IMG/VR virus record: IMGVR_UViG_3300026026_000014
Location: 1-55,236 of that record
DNA: 55,236 nucleotides
Source of the DNA: a virus
Lineage: Duplodnaviria > Caudoviricetes
Reading direction: 5' to 3' (one strand)
Shown: positions 37,956 to 48,067 of the stretch, piece by piece
Layout: each line of letters opens with the position of its first letter
Position numbering within the stretch: the stretch's first letter is position 1
Notes under the pieces: generated by a model
The model's input: only the letters and a program-made list of their open reading frames with translations
What the model was told of the DNA's origin: nothing
Database searches by the model: none
Position numbers and translations under genes: made by a program

Positions 37956-38905
37956 GGAATTTTCTTATATGCGTATCCAAACATTTGACTGTATTGAGTA
38001 GTATCCTTAGATCTCCAAGGAAATACAACCCACGTATCAGAACCGACTGTAACTTCTTGAGCTATGTCATAAAATGTCAATTTACATGCTGCAATGTCTG
38101 GTAATGTTGCTATAGCTTGTGGATTAGACAGGTTTGGCATAGCATGTACAGTCATTGGAACAAAAGAATTATGATTTGCAAAATGACCATCAGAATATAA
38201 CAAAGTTTTATAAGCAAAAACAGTAAACAAGTATGAATTTAGACCTCGTATTGCAGTAGAACCTGGAGTACCAAAGTTGTAACTTCCACAAGAAAACTTT
38301 GTTACAGATCCGTTATTATAAGCCATTTGTATGCCAGAATCATATGGAGAATTTTCTTGAGTACCTTGACCTAATTTAGCGTTATAGTAGTGGGTAGGAT
38401 CATGTTTAATAGAAGAATGTTCAGACCAATAAATAGAATAACAGTAATCCTTTACGGTGTTAGAAGTTATTTGATCTTGTGCTTGACCGAAACCAAAATG
38501 TACGTACATATTAGTACTTACTTCAACAACACAATGACAGTAATTTACGCCATCGCTAAAAAACTTGTATGAATTTACAGCGTCAGAAGCGAAAATAGCC
38601 GAGTAGTTATATAAGTTATTTGAGTCGCTTTGCGGTCTCCCAGATTGTAATTCTGAAGTACCTGCTCCACTATATCCTGTATGTAAATAGTTAATTACTC
38701 TGTGTATGGTTCCATTATGATAACCTAACAGAGTTTGATATACGCTACCTTTGTGTATAGTTAACCACCAACCTCCAGATTGTCCAAAAGTTGTCGCAGT
38801 TGCGTTTTTATCTATAGTCCAACTTGGCATATTGAGACCTATAAATGTAGCTAACTTATCTAGTAAGTTATTTACACCTGATGCTGTACCTGTTTCATAT
38901 GCCAT
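37952..38905 (-). CDS. virion structural (minor tail) protein
   Basis: MAYETGTAS N-terminus; Y.HFGFG; W.VFPW..K...GYAY. Confidence 0.75.
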   Translation of the reverse strand: MAYETGTASGVNNLLDKLATFIGLNMPSWTIDKNATATTFGQSGGWWLTIHKGSVYQTLLGYHNGTIHRVINYLHTGYSGAGTSELQSGRPQSDSNNLYNYSAIFASDAVNSYKFFSDGVNYCHCVVEVSTNMYVHFGFGQAQDQITSNTVKDYCYSIYWSEHSSIKHDPTHYYNAKLGQGTQENSPYDSGIQMAYNNGSVTKFSCGSYNFGTPGSTAIRGLNSYLFTVFAYKTLLYSDGHFANHNSFVPMTVHAMPNLSNPQAIATLPDIAACKLTFYDIAQEVTVGSDTWVVFPWRSKDTTQYSQMFGYAYKKIP

Positions 38906-38908
38906 ATA

Positions 38909-39790
38909 TTACTCCGCTATTTGAATGGCAGACCATTCACTTATTGAACTTCTGAATATATTCGGTATCACTAAATACTGTGCGCTACCGATAGTAATAA
39001 TGCTTTCTGCGGCTTGTCCTATACCAGGTACCCAAAAAACTCCATCTAATTCACCATACATTACTGAATCTACAGAACTACCTAAAATACAAGGATATAA
39101 AGGATATGTTGTTCCATCAATAGCGTAGTATGGAACTTGACTTGTCGCTACTATTGATCTCCAAGGATATACAGCATAAGTATCTTGGTGGCTATATATA
39201 CCTTTCCAAGATAAGGAAGCATCTAGCATAAACATATTAGCTTCACTACCAACAGGCATCCAACCTAAACTGTTGTTGTTCGAATTATCAGTATACTTTG
39301 TATTGTTGTTATTACATCCACCAAGTACATATGGATAAGGAAATAAAGACGGACGCACATAAGGGAGATATAAACCTATATACATTGCGCAATATCGTGT
39401 ATCAATCTTAGTTACTACTATTATACGGCGACCATTGGCTATAAACCAATATTTTATAGTATTATTCCGCAATCCCATACCTGCGTAATCTCCAGCATTA
39501 GGATGAGAAGCTGGAACATAAGGAGTTAGAGAATTATAACCAGTCATACCGTACATACGCCAGTTATAGATATCATTACCTACGTGCTCGTAATAATACT
39601 GTCCCCAATAAATCTCATCTGTACCTGTAAGTCCAGTGCCTTTAAATACTGCATGATCCGAATCTGAAGCAAGTACTGTCCATTGCTGTCCAGCACCCGT
39701 AAGAGTAGCATTTGTAGTAATGAACGTAATAAGTTTTGCTCTCAAATCACGGTGATCTGTGGCATTACCTGTCTCATATGGAATTGTCAT
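38909..39790 (-). CDS. virion structural (minor tail) protein
   Basis: YETG.A..H; YWF.ANGRRI; G...PY..P..FPYP; GELDGVFWV.G. Confidence 0.75.
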   Translation of the reverse strand: MTIPYETGNATDHRDLRAKLITFITTNATLTGAGQQWTVLASDSDHAVFKGTGLTGTDEIYWGQYYYEHVGNDIYNWRMYGMTGYNSLTPYVPASHPNAGDYAGMGLRNNTIKYWFIANGRRIIVVTKIDTRYCAMYIGLYLPYVRPSLFPYPYVLGGCNNNNTKYTDNSNNNSLGWMPVGSEANMFMLDASLSWKGIYSHQDTYAVYPWRSIVATSQVPYYAIDGTTYPLYPCILGSSVDSVMYGELDGVFWVPGIGQAAESIITIGSAQYLVIPNIFRSSISEWSAIQIAE

Positions 39791-42762
39791 CTTAATGCAC
39801 CTTTAACTGAACCAGCATCTTTAGTGATACGGTTTACAATAACTTTACCACCAGCGGCAGAATCCATAGTTTTTAATATGATTCCTTCTTCTATACCTAA
39901 ATTAATAGTTATAGTGCCACCTCCGCCTCCATCGTGATTAGCAATGCCTAAATCACCTTTAGCATTGCGTTTCAATGGCATAATTGCTTCTGGACCAGCT
40001 TCTCCCATAAGTCCCATTCTACCACCTGTCATAGCAAAGTTAGTAGGACTAGTGACGACTCCACCTTGGGCAAATGCCGTAACATTACCGTTTTGAAATA
40101 CATTACCTTGAGCAGAGAATAGAGATGCTACTTGCATTGCAACTCCTGCCCAACCACTTCCACCTGATGCTCCACCAGAAGATCCGGCTCCACTAATAGA
40201 AGACATCAAAGAACTAAGCATATTTCCTAAACCAGCAAAACTATCAGAGAAGATTTTAGAAAGTCCTCCGCCACCTTCAGAGAATGCGCCAGTAATTTCA
40301 GAATATACACTACTAGCACCACTCTTAAATGTATCCGCTATATTAGTACCCCAACCAACAACAGTTTCAGTAAGAGTTTTCTTAGCAGTAGTAGTACCAT
40401 CAGTTATACCTTTACCTAATATAGGAGCAGAAGCTGAAGTAGCTTTCTTAAATGTTTCGCTAAGCAATGCGCCATCTAAAACTGCATCGACGGCTTTAAT
40501 ACCAGTCTTATTTCCAATACCAGGAGCTCCTGCTTGAGCAGAAGTTTCAATGGGACGACCATTCTGTTTCTTAGGATCCGGAGTACCTAGTCCTAAACTT
40601 GTTTTAAGAAAATCTAATGCTTTGTTAGCTAAAGTTTCTGCTGCCATCTTCTTCATAGAATTTAAGAACGCAGTTTCTACACTCTTTATATTTGCATGAA
40701 ACGGATCAAAGAATACTTGCTCTAAAGCATCTTTAGTTCCTTCTAATCCCTGAGTTAAGAAGTCATTTACTGTAAGTGCCATTTCACCAGAAGCTTTCGC
40801 AGCTTTCTCGAACTCGCCTTTAGCATTACCAACTGCGCGATTATAAGTATCTTGAGAAATTGTACCAGCTTGTAATAAAGTATCGTATTCTTGTAAAGTC
40901 ATTAAATACTTTTCTTGAGCGGTTCGAGTTTCCATAAATACTCCAAGACTTTGTTCTTGGAGTTGTTTATAAGCTCGTTCAAATTCTGCAAGTTGTTTTT
41001 TAGTATAACCTAATTCTCTGTTAACAACTATTAATTCTTTCTTAGCAGCAGTTTCTTGTTTAGTAGAGAATACATTTGCTATGTTCGCATCACGTTCCTC
41101 TCTTGCTAAATCAATAGCTTTATTAACAACTGCTATGTGATCAACATATGCAACAGCGTTTTCATGAATAGCAGATACAGAATCGGCTAAAGCACTCTCT
41201 ACACGTTCTGCAGACTGTGCTTTAATTTGAGCAATCTTTTCTTTCAATTCTGCATATGCTGGAACTACATTACTACGTATTTCTGCTGCAGAAGCTCTTA
41301 AATTCGTAGCTAAATCAGTTTGTCCAATCTTGTCTGCACCTGCTGCAACAACACTAATAAGTCCTGCCCAAGTTTCTTTAAATATGTTAACTGTACCATT
41401 CCATATAGCTTCTAATTCAGCCATAATACCTTGTACAGGACCAACTAAAGCAGTAAATCCTACTTTAAGAGCACCAAACATTCCAAGAGCTGAAGTTCTA
41501 GCAGTAAACCAAAATGTTGACCAAATAATATCAATAGCTCCTAAAGTCATTACTAATCCATATTTGAAACTTAAGATTGCAACAGTTATATTGTTAATAA
41601 CATCTGCAGCAAATTCACCAAAAGATTTGAATTGTGCCTTAGCTTCTCCACCACTGAATAATCCAACTAATGCAGAACCCAATCTTGCAAGAGCTTGTCC
41701 TGCAGGTTCCATAGCATCGCCAATTTCTTGACCAAGTAGTTGAGCTTCAGTCTTTAATCTGCCGAAAGCTACTGAAGATCTTTGTAATGCTGCAGGTAAA
41801 CCTTCACCATAAGCATTGCGTAAAGCTTGTGGTAAATTTGTTAATAATTCAGCCGCAGTAATCTGACCTTTCTTCAACATTTTATCAAGTTCTGCGGTAG
41901 TAACACCCATAGCTTTAGCAGCTATATTAAATGCTCCAGGTAAATGTTCGCCTAATTGACCACGTAATTCTTCTGCTTGTACTTTACCTTTTGACATCAT
42001 TTGTGAAAGAGCTAAAAATGCTCCTTCAACTTGTTGCGTATTTAATCCTAAAACTGCTGCTGTTTCAGATACCGATGATAGAACATCTCTAATTTGTTTA
42101 CCGGCTAATCCTGAACCTTCAGCTGATGCTGTTAATTTTGAATATGCAGTTGCTAAGTTAGTAACATCTAATCCTAGGCGTAAAGCTTCAGATTTTACAA
42201 AACTCATTCCATCAGCAGCTTCTTTAGAACTTCCTGTAACAGCTCTTAAAGCATTCTGAGCTCCAAACAATGCGTTACTAACTTCATATGAAGAAGTCAC
42301 TAAACCTTTAAGTGCCATAGCAAAAACGGTGATTGCAGTTCCACCTGCTAAAGCAGTAAATAACCGATTCACTGCTTTTGTAGTTCCGTCTAATCCTGAT
42401 TCTAATCCGTTAAAAGAATTCTTAATAGAATTTGATGTAGAATTAGCTTGAGTGCTAATTCCTGAAAGAGTACTAGTAATTTGCGATTTTAATGAAGTGA
42501 ATGAAGATCCAAAACTAGATTTAACACTAGACGCAGCTGAATTTGCAGAAGCTGCGACTTGACTAAATCCGCTACCTGCTGCAGATCTAAATGCTTGAGC
42601 TTGTTGTTCTAAAGACGCAAATGTGCTCATGAATGCTGCACGAGTTGCCGCAGCTCCACTTTGAGCAGATGCACCAAGATTGGAGAGTGATGCTCCTATC
42701 TTATCTATCTGTGCTTTAGCTCCACCATCATTAATGGTTATATTAATAGGTACATTAGGCAT
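39787..42762 (-). CDS. tail tape measure protein
   Basis: Ala/Ser-rich helical protein; LSQMMSKGKVQAEELRGQLGE domain; C-terminal FAQGGVV...GEAGPEAIMPL. Confidence 0.92.
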   Translation of the reverse strand: MPNVPINITINDGGAKAQIDKIGASLSNLGASAQSGAAATRAAFMSTFASLEQQAQAFRSAAGSGFSQVAASANSAASSVKSSFGSSFTSLKSQITSTLSGISTQANSTSNSIKNSFNGLESGLDGTTKAVNRLFTALAGGTAITVFAMALKGLVTSSYEVSNALFGAQNALRAVTGSSKEAADGMSFVKSEALRLGLDVTNLATAYSKLTASAEGSGLAGKQIRDVLSSVSETAAVLGLNTQQVEGAFLALSQMMSKGKVQAEELRGQLGEHLPGAFNIAAKAMGVTTAELDKMLKKGQITAAELLTNLPQALRNAYGEGLPAALQRSSVAFGRLKTEAQLLGQEIGDAMEPAGQALARLGSALVGLFSGGEAKAQFKSFGEFAADVINNITVAILSFKYGLVMTLGAIDIIWSTFWFTARTSALGMFGALKVGFTALVGPVQGIMAELEAIWNGTVNIFKETWAGLISVVAAGADKIGQTDLATNLRASAAEIRSNVVPAYAELKEKIAQIKAQSAERVESALADSVSAIHENAVAYVDHIAVVNKAIDLAREERDANIANVFSTKQETAAKKELIVVNRELGYTKKQLAEFERAYKQLQEQSLGVFMETRTAQEKYLMTLQEYDTLLQAGTISQDTYNRAVGNAKGEFEKAAKASGEMALTVNDFLTQGLEGTKDALEQVFFDPFHANIKSVETAFLNSMKKMAAETLANKALDFLKTSLGLGTPDPKKQNGRPIETSAQAGAPGIGNKTGIKAVDAVLDGALLSETFKKATSASAPILGKGITDGTTTAKKTLTETVVGWGTNIADTFKSGASSVYSEITGAFSEGGGGLSKIFSDSFAGLGNMLSSLMSSISGAGSSGGASGGSGWAGVAMQVASLFSAQGNVFQNGNVTAFAQGGVVTSPTNFAMTGGRMGLMGEAGPEAIMPLKRNAKGDLGIANHDGGGGGTITINLGIEEGIILKTMDSAAGGKVIVNRITKDAGSVKGALR

Positions 42763-42778
42763 TTAACGCTCCTAATGA

Positions 42779-42880
42779 ATCATGTGCCTGGTTTAATCTG
42801 GTTTGAATAAATTTTTTATAATATATAGATATATTAACTATATAAGGTTTTATCAAACCGGGATAACCAGGCACACCAGG
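42779..42880. repeat. dispersed palindromic element, copy 4, inside the tail operon
   Basis: ATCATGTGCCTGGTTTAATCTGGTTTG...TCAAACCGGGATAACCAGGCACACCAGG. Confidence 0.9.
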
Positions 42881-42917
42881 TACTGTTGTTTTATATAAAT
42901 ATAGATTATATAAAAAA

Positions 42918-43307
42918 TTAACCTCGTGGACCAAATTTGCCTTTTTGAGGTTCTTCGTCAATCTTTTCTTCAGCTTTCCTTTTAGATTCGTGAATTTTTG
43001 ACATATATTTATATAACTCTTTGTCAATTTCTTGTATAATGTCGATTGTAATATCAAGTTCATACAAACTACCAAAAAGAGAGAAATAAGCAGCAAACTC
43101 CGAAATAGGAATGGGATTAAATCCTGCAACCTGTCTTGGAATTTTACTTTCATTTAATCTCCGATAAGCTGATATAAACCATCTTTCCTCTAGATCGAAA
43201 GCGGGAGCCTCATCCAAAGGATTAGGCTTCCCTTTTTCTCTCAATGACTCAAAGAATGGTATTTTGTCACTATAATCTTCTACCCAGATTATAGCTTTTA
43301 CGACTTT
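42918..43307 (-). CDS. tail assembly chaperone, post-frameshift (gpT-like) segment
   Basis: -1 frame open from GCA AAG (43309-43304) through KVVKAIIW...PLDEAP...W...AY..L; lies just before the TMP. Confidence 0.7.
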   Translation of the reverse strand, partial: KVVKAIIWVEDYSDKIPFFESLREKGKPNPLDEAPAFDLEERWFISAYRRLNESKIPRQVAGFNPIPISEFAAYFSLFGSLYELDITIDIIQEIDKELYKYMSKIHESKRKAEEKIDEEPQKGKFGPRG

Positions 43308-43702
43308 GCTACCGTATTCTCTTTGTCAGCAACAATAAAATTATTCAAGTCTTGTGCGAATTCTTGAACAAATTTACGGCAGTCTTCGTCATTCTTTAAT
43401 AAAGAGAATGCATTCTCTTTATTAAATTCAATTTCTTCATCATTAATGACGAAATTCTTCCAACCAACTAAAATACCATCAGCAAGAGCTTCACACATAA
43501 TGTCTGCAGCTATCTTGTTGTCAATGGTATCTTGTTGTATATCTTTGCGATGAGGACGAGAAAGACGCATAAAAGTCTTTGCAAATTTCTCATTACCAGC
43601 ACGAGCTATCTTCAAGTCAACTCCTCTGTATTTCGTCCAGGTGCCATCTCTGGCAGCCTGGGCGTCTACGGGAGTTATTTTAAGTGATTTTAAGTCTGTC
43701 AT
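43298..43702 (-). CDS. tail assembly chaperone (gpG-like)
   Basis: G.W....LKIARAGN..F...ILVGW motif; lies between tube and TMP. Confidence 0.8.
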   Translation of the reverse strand: MTDLKSLKITPVDAQAARDGTWTKYRGVDLKIARAGNEKFAKTFMRLSRPHRKDIQQDTIDNKIAADIMCEALADGILVGWKNFVINDEEIEFNKENAFSLLKNDEDCRKFVQEFAQDLNNFIVADKENTVAKS

Positions 43703-43735
43703 GGGTCAATATCCTAATTAAAGGTTAACTACTTA

Positions 43736-44905
43736 TTACGGTGCATCAAAGAATTCAAATTGAACTGTTGAATTCGTTACTGCATCACGTAACGCTCTTA
43801 AACTTCCATTCAACATCAGGAAGTGGTCTTTACCCTCGATTGGAGATTCGAGTTTTTCAAACTTACATTTTGGCATAGTAACGATAAGGATGTTGCCATC
43901 TCCATCTACCAAAGTGAAAGCCAGGTAAAATGATTCTGAATTCTTATAAAAGTTATAAGTATCCAGTGTATTAAAGTACATTGTAATATCAGCTGTGACA
44001 TTCAATGTAAATGATGTCATGTCAACTGCACCAAGTGTACCAATCGCTTTTGCACGATTAATATTGTTGTTGACAGTCAAGTTCAATGTAGAGAACTCAG
44101 TATCAGCAGGCAAACCTTCAAGATCAATTTGTGTAATTGAAGAAACTGAATTCATCAATGCGTATGAAGGAACATCTACTAAAGTCTGACCAGATTTTGC
44201 GGTGATTGTTGGTTCTTCTTCACGACCTACAATATCGAAAGAACCGTTCAAAATAGAACCGGTCTCAAACTTAAAGTTCATTTTTGAAATCATGCAACCT
44301 GCATAATAGAAATAAGCAGGATCATCTAAACCTTCAATAAATTTCATAAAGGTAAAAGTTTTTGGAGTTTCTGCACCATTACGGACCATAGTTGATTTCA
44401 TAGTGATACTTGGACCTGCGGCAACAATAACTAATGATGTACCTGTTACAGTCATTACACCTGCAGTTACTGCAGTAACTTTCTTAAATCCGTTATTTGC
44501 AGGGTTTGCAAAACCAGATACTAATACATTCATACCGACTTTTACACCAGCTGAGATGAATGCATTTGCACTTGAACCATAAGTATTTGTAGATAATACA
44601 CTTAAAGTTGCTGCTGTGAGGTTCAGTACAACTGGGGTGCTTTGCAAAAGGGCTTTCAAAATTGGTTTGTAAGGACCATAAGAAAGTTCATATTTAACTT
44701 CACCACCTACTTCAGCATCTACTACGATAAGATCATCAATTTGACGATCACGACGTAGTACTTCAGATACTTTTGTAGTGATATTACCAGATGGAGATCC
44801 GCCCGTTGTCGGTAACAACTGGAAAGCGGGACTAACAGGAGTAACACCAGGGGTGACTTCCTCAATATAGGATAAACTTGTGTAGTTTGTTGAAGTAAGT
44901 GACAT
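43736..44905 (-). CDS. major tail tube protein
   Basis: YIEEVTPGVTP...SE.LR.DRQ..D...VGG...YELSY; YF...Y..Y C-terminal motif. Confidence 0.85.
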   Translation of the reverse strand: MSLTSTNYTSLSYIEEVTPGVTPVSPAFQLLPTTGGSPSGNITTKVSEVLRRDRQIDDLIVVDAEVGGEVKYELSYGPYKPILKALLQSTPVVLNLTAATLSVLSTNTYGSSANAFISAGVKVGMNVLVSGFANPANNGFKKVTAVTAGVMTVTGTSLVIVAAGPSITMKSTMVRNGAETPKTFTFMKFIEGLDDPAYFYYAGCMISKMNFKFETGSILNGSFDIVGREEEPTITAKSGQTLVDVPSYALMNSVSSITQIDLEGLPADTEFSTLNLTVNNNINRAKAIGTLGAVDMTSFTLNVTADITMYFNTLDTYNFYKNSESFYLAFTLVDGDGNILIVTMPKCKFEKLESPIEGKDHFLMLNGSLRALRDAVTNSTVQFEFFDAP

Positions 44906-44916
44906 GGAGTCCTCCG

Positions 44917-45354
44917 TTAAGTTGCTTCAAATCGTGTTTTTACTACTAACTGATATTCACCGTATTCTATTTTGTTGATTTTACGGATAGCATCTCCGAT
45001 TACTTCAACAGAAGTAGCATAAGTGAAAATTCTGCCTATAGTTTTATTTTGGAGGACAGCTTTTATCTTGTCCGCCAAAACTGCAGCAGCTCCCGTTCCC
45101 GTATCTGGTTTAGTAAATACTTGAACGGAAATAAATCCAGGAGTTTTAGTCCTGTTACCACCTAAAGTCATATTGCTAGAGGTAGCAAAAACAATACTGA
45201 ATCTTACCCATTCATCTACTTCTTCTGAATTATCAAAAAGTACATTATCCCAAGCAATTGGGGTAATAGGAACTAATGGATCTGCATTAACATCGACAAC
45301 CCAATTATCTTCGAAGTATTCTTCCAAAGTTTTACGTATATCTTCAAAGTCCAT
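44917..45354 (-). CDS. tail terminator
   Basis: IAWDNV.F...WVRF...G...VQVF.....G; synteny. Confidence 0.7.
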   Translation of the reverse strand: MDFEDIRKTLEEYFEDNWVVDVNADPLVPITPIAWDNVLFDNSEEVDEWVRFSIVFATSSNMTLGGNRTKTPGFISVQVFTKPDTGTGAAAVLADKIKAVLQNKTIGRIFTYATSVEVIGDAIRKINKIEYGEYQLVVKTRFEAT

Positions 45355-45700
45355 TTACCCTCCCTACTGCATTTTCTACGGCAAGTTCTATGAACATAGA
45401 AGGCGCCTGTTGAGAGTGTCCATTGTTTAAGAAAACTATGTATTCAGCAGTGTTGTATATAAATACATTATCAGATTTAGGAACGTTTGGCATTTGTGGA
45501 TATGCATAATTACCAGGAGGTAATTCGCTCTCTGAGCCAGTATCATCCATATTCCAAGATGCTCGTGCGCGACCTGTATCTGAAGGAGTAGCGGCAACTA
45601 AATCAGAGAAAATAGTTCTGCAAAGTTTCTCTTTTAGAGTTCTCTCAGCTAAAATAATTTCATCGATTACTCCAGCAACTGGTATACTTATATTAATCAT
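45344..45700 (-). CDS. neck / tail completion protein (HK97 gp10-like)
   Basis: TPSDTGRARASW...N...YI..LNNGHSQQAP. Confidence 0.8.
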   Translation of the reverse strand: MINISIPVAGVIDEIILAERTLKEKLCRTIFSDLVAATPSDTGRARASWNMDDTGSESELPPGNYAYPQMPNVPKSDNVFIYNTAEYIVFLNNGHSQQAPSMFIELAVENAVGRVNGL

Positions 45701-46083
45701 GCTTTAGTACCTCTTGACTGACAAGAGTAAGCAACACCAGCAGGGTCAGTACTTACAGCGATAATTCTAAAAGTGCGTTCGTCTGAGGTACGAGTAATTA
45801 TATTTCCTATACGAGGACGTTCAGAAATTTCATTGCATAAAATAACTATTTTGCAATCATTAGGTTCTATAGAAGAATTAAAGATTTCTAATTCGCTATA
45901 TTGTGCAAATATAGCTCTTGATTCAATTGGTTCTACAGGAGTTATTGGAGGGGTAATACCACCTGAAGAAGTATCATATCCACCACGAGGATTATTTGTA
46001 AGAGTAATAGCAACAGCGGCATCTACTAAATCTGTATCAAAAGCTAATCCTACTTCTGTTTGAATCTCTTCACGCATTCCCAT
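45697..46083 (-). CDS. head closure protein
   Basis: MGMREEIQ start overlapping the upstream stop; DPAG...Y..Q.R; synteny. Confidence 0.7.
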   Translation of the reverse strand: MGMREEIQTEVGLAFDTDLVDAAVAITLTNNPRGGYDTSSGGITPPITPVEPIESRAIFAQYSELEIFNSSIEPNDCKIVILCNEISERPRIGNIITRTSDERTFRIIAVSTDPAGVAYSCQSRGTKA

Positions 46084-46514
46084 TAGGCACGCACCAAAGC
46101 ATTTGTTGAAATAGCACCACCAAATTGAATTGAACAACCTTCTTGATAAAGTAAAGCTGTAACATCAGGAAAAGGATCTTTCCAAGGAGACATTCCTTTA
46201 GAATTGTATCTTTTACGAACTGACACACCTTCTGCTTTAACTTCAGATTCTTCTAGAGGACCATTACCTGTTTGACGTGTGAATATATTTTGAGTTAGGT
46301 TATAATTAGCTAATATAGCATTAGCTTCTTTAACTATATCAGAAGGATCCTCTGAGTCAAAATCAGGACATTTATATATTTGATCGAAATAAATTTTTGC
46401 TTGTATTACAGCCGTTTCTTTGGCTGCATCATCAGTAGATGACTCCCATGGCTCAACACCGTCAAGAATAACGTCTGCTTCACCTTTTGTAACATATGGT
46501 GTTACTGCACTCAT
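46083..46514 (-). CDS. head-tail adaptor (DnaT-like family)
   Basis: YVT..EAD...W...K..A...A..Y.D; V.V.Y...P.V..LL; synteny. Confidence 0.7.
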   Translation of the reverse strand: MSAVTPYVTKGEADVILDGVEPWESSTDDAAKETAVIQAKIYFDQIYKCPDFDSEDPSDIVKEANAILANYNLTQNIFTRQTGNGPLEESEVKAEGVSVRKRYNSKGMSPWKDPFPDVTALLYQEGCSIQFGGAISTNALVRA

Positions 46515-46831
46515 TCTTTATCGCCTTTACCAATACCTTTAAACCAATTTGATATATTAGACATATGAGCATCTAACTGAGTTAGAATCTCATTTGCGCA
46601 ATAACCTGCAGCCATCAAATAACCATCTTTAAATCTCTCTGATCCTTCTATAAATTGTCCCATTAAACAACCTACAAAGAAAGCAATAGAAAGATGAATT
46701 AAAAATTTTACAAAATGAAAATCTTTGTCACCTTGAGTATGTTCACGCAAATAACGAATCATACCACCAAACATAGCAAGAACTCCAAATTGAAACCACT
46801 GTAAAAGTTTTATAAACCACTCTTCATTCAT
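46511..46831 (-). CDS. holin (putative)
   Basis: 2-3 TM segments, GG..RYL and charged C-terminus. Confidence 0.65.
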   Translation of the reverse strand: MNEEWFIKLLQWFQFGVLAMFGGMIRYLREHTQGDKDFHFVKFLIHLSIAFFVGCLMGQFIEGSERFKDGYLMAAGYCANEILTQLDAHMSNISNWFKGIGKGDKE

Positions 46832-47118
46832 TTTGAATTCTCCAATATATGACGAATACTTAAATTAAATAGTAACAACATAACACAGTCATAAACAGGA
46901 CGTAAATCTGATAAATAAACTATTGAAGGTTTATATATCAAAAATATGACATTAGCGAATACATACATAATTGTAAGTAATATCATATAAACTGAAAGCA
47001 CTTTCAATCTACCTTTTGTATGTGGCATTGAAAATACTTTTCTTGAATGTATCAAAACTGATAAGCATATAGCTAAATTCATATATGTAAATAAGTCAGA
47101 TATACTCATGGTATCCAC
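46828..47118 (-). CDS. 3-TM membrane protein (holin/antiholin candidate)
   Basis: three hydrophobic segments; coupled to the holin gene. Confidence 0.5.
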   Translation of the reverse strand: MDTMSISDLFTYMNLAICLSVLIHSRKVFSMPHTKGRLKVLSVYMILLTIMYVFANVIFLIYKPSIVYLSDLRPVYDCVMLLLFNLSIRHILENSK

Positions 47119-47119
47119 C

Positions 47120-47290
47120 TTATTCAGATAATGCTACGGCTTGAACAGTATCAAGTTTAATAGTTGTAATATCTGTAATAGAAGTTACGTTTTCGGCAAA
47201 TGCATTACAACCATATATATCTTTGCAAGCTAAAGTAGTTTTACCTTTAGCAGAATTGTGTACTTCGTATCCATTAAGAACTTCAGTCAT
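47120..47290 (-). CDS. hypothetical protein (56 aa, absent from the ORF track)
   Basis: AGGTG RBS; MTEVLNGYEVHNSAKG...VQAVALSE fills the gap exactly. Confidence 0.6.
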   Translation of the reverse strand: MTEVLNGYEVHNSAKGKTTLACKDIYGCNAFAENVTSITDITTIKLDTVQAVALSE

Positions 47291-47297
47291 ATATCAC

Positions 47298-47672
47298 CTA
47301 GGAAGTTAATAGAACAGATGAAATGTTACCATTTTGAATTACAAATCTTGTACCTTCATTCCAAGTTACAGGAGATTGGAATTCACCATAAATAGCAGGA
47401 GCGCCGCTTTCACTGTCATCCCATAATGACCAATGAGTTACAGGACCTAAGTTATCAGTGCCAATAGGGAATACTACGGCGTCTGAATTATAAATAACTT
47501 CGCCTTCGTCTGCGCTATCATGGTCTAAAGGACATGCTGTACGTTCATACCCACCACCTGATAATTCACCATTATCGCAACCAGGACCTGGATTCTCACT
47601 ATGAAGAGCTAAATAATATGTACCTCCTGAGAAGATACCACCTAAATATGCTGCTGTTGGACTTGAAAACAT
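47298..47672 (-). CDS. virion fiber/decoration-type protein, paralog 3
   Basis: YLALHS.NP....ELSGGGYER...N...V.FP....LG.VTHW.LWD; AGGAG RBS before ATG 47672. Confidence 0.7.
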   Translation of the reverse strand: MFSSPTAAYLGGIFSGGTYYLALHSENPGPGCDNGELSGGGYERTACPLDHDSADEGEVIYNSDAVVFPIGTDNLGPVTHWSLWDDSESGAPAIYGEFQSPVTWNEGTRFVIQNGNISSVLLTS

Positions 47673-47680
47673 ATAATCTC

Positions 47681-48067
47681 CTAAGCGAATAAGAATCTTA
47701 AAATTAAATCTCCGGCGGGTATTTTGACCTGTCCACCTTTTGACCAATATACAGGTGTATCTAATAGTCCGTAAAACAACAAACTATTTGAAGTACTATA
47801 AATTGCGTAATATAATACTTGACCTAAATCTTCAGTAGCTACTTCGAATAAAACATCTTCAGTATTAACAATTTGAGTACCGTTTTCTTCTGTAGTTGGT
47901 TCTCCCCAAATTATATCAGTGCGTGCATACGCGCCACCAAATAATTCTGTATCTTGCTGTGTATTACCAGGAATTTGTATATTTTTAGGAACTGTTTTAT
48001 ACAAAGCTAGTTTACAATCATTTGTAATAGCTGGACCGAAATATCCTGTTAATTGAGAGGTAAACAT
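47681..48067 (-). CDS. virion fiber/decoration-type protein, paralog 2
   Basis: LALY...P...ELFGGAYAR...N...V.F..AT.DLG.V. Confidence 0.7.
   Translation of the reverse strand: MFTSQLTGYFGPAITNDCKLALYKTVPKNIQIPGNTQQDTELFGGAYARTDIIWGEPTTEENGTQIVNTEDVLFEVATEDLGQVLYYAIYSTSNSLLFYGLLDTPVYWSKGGQVKIPAGDLILRFLFA

Noticed and set aside
42755-43153. ORFs running through the palindromic elements (also 24423-24623)
   Set aside because: Shadow ORFs overlapping real genes or repeats, with no RBS and repeat-derived sequence
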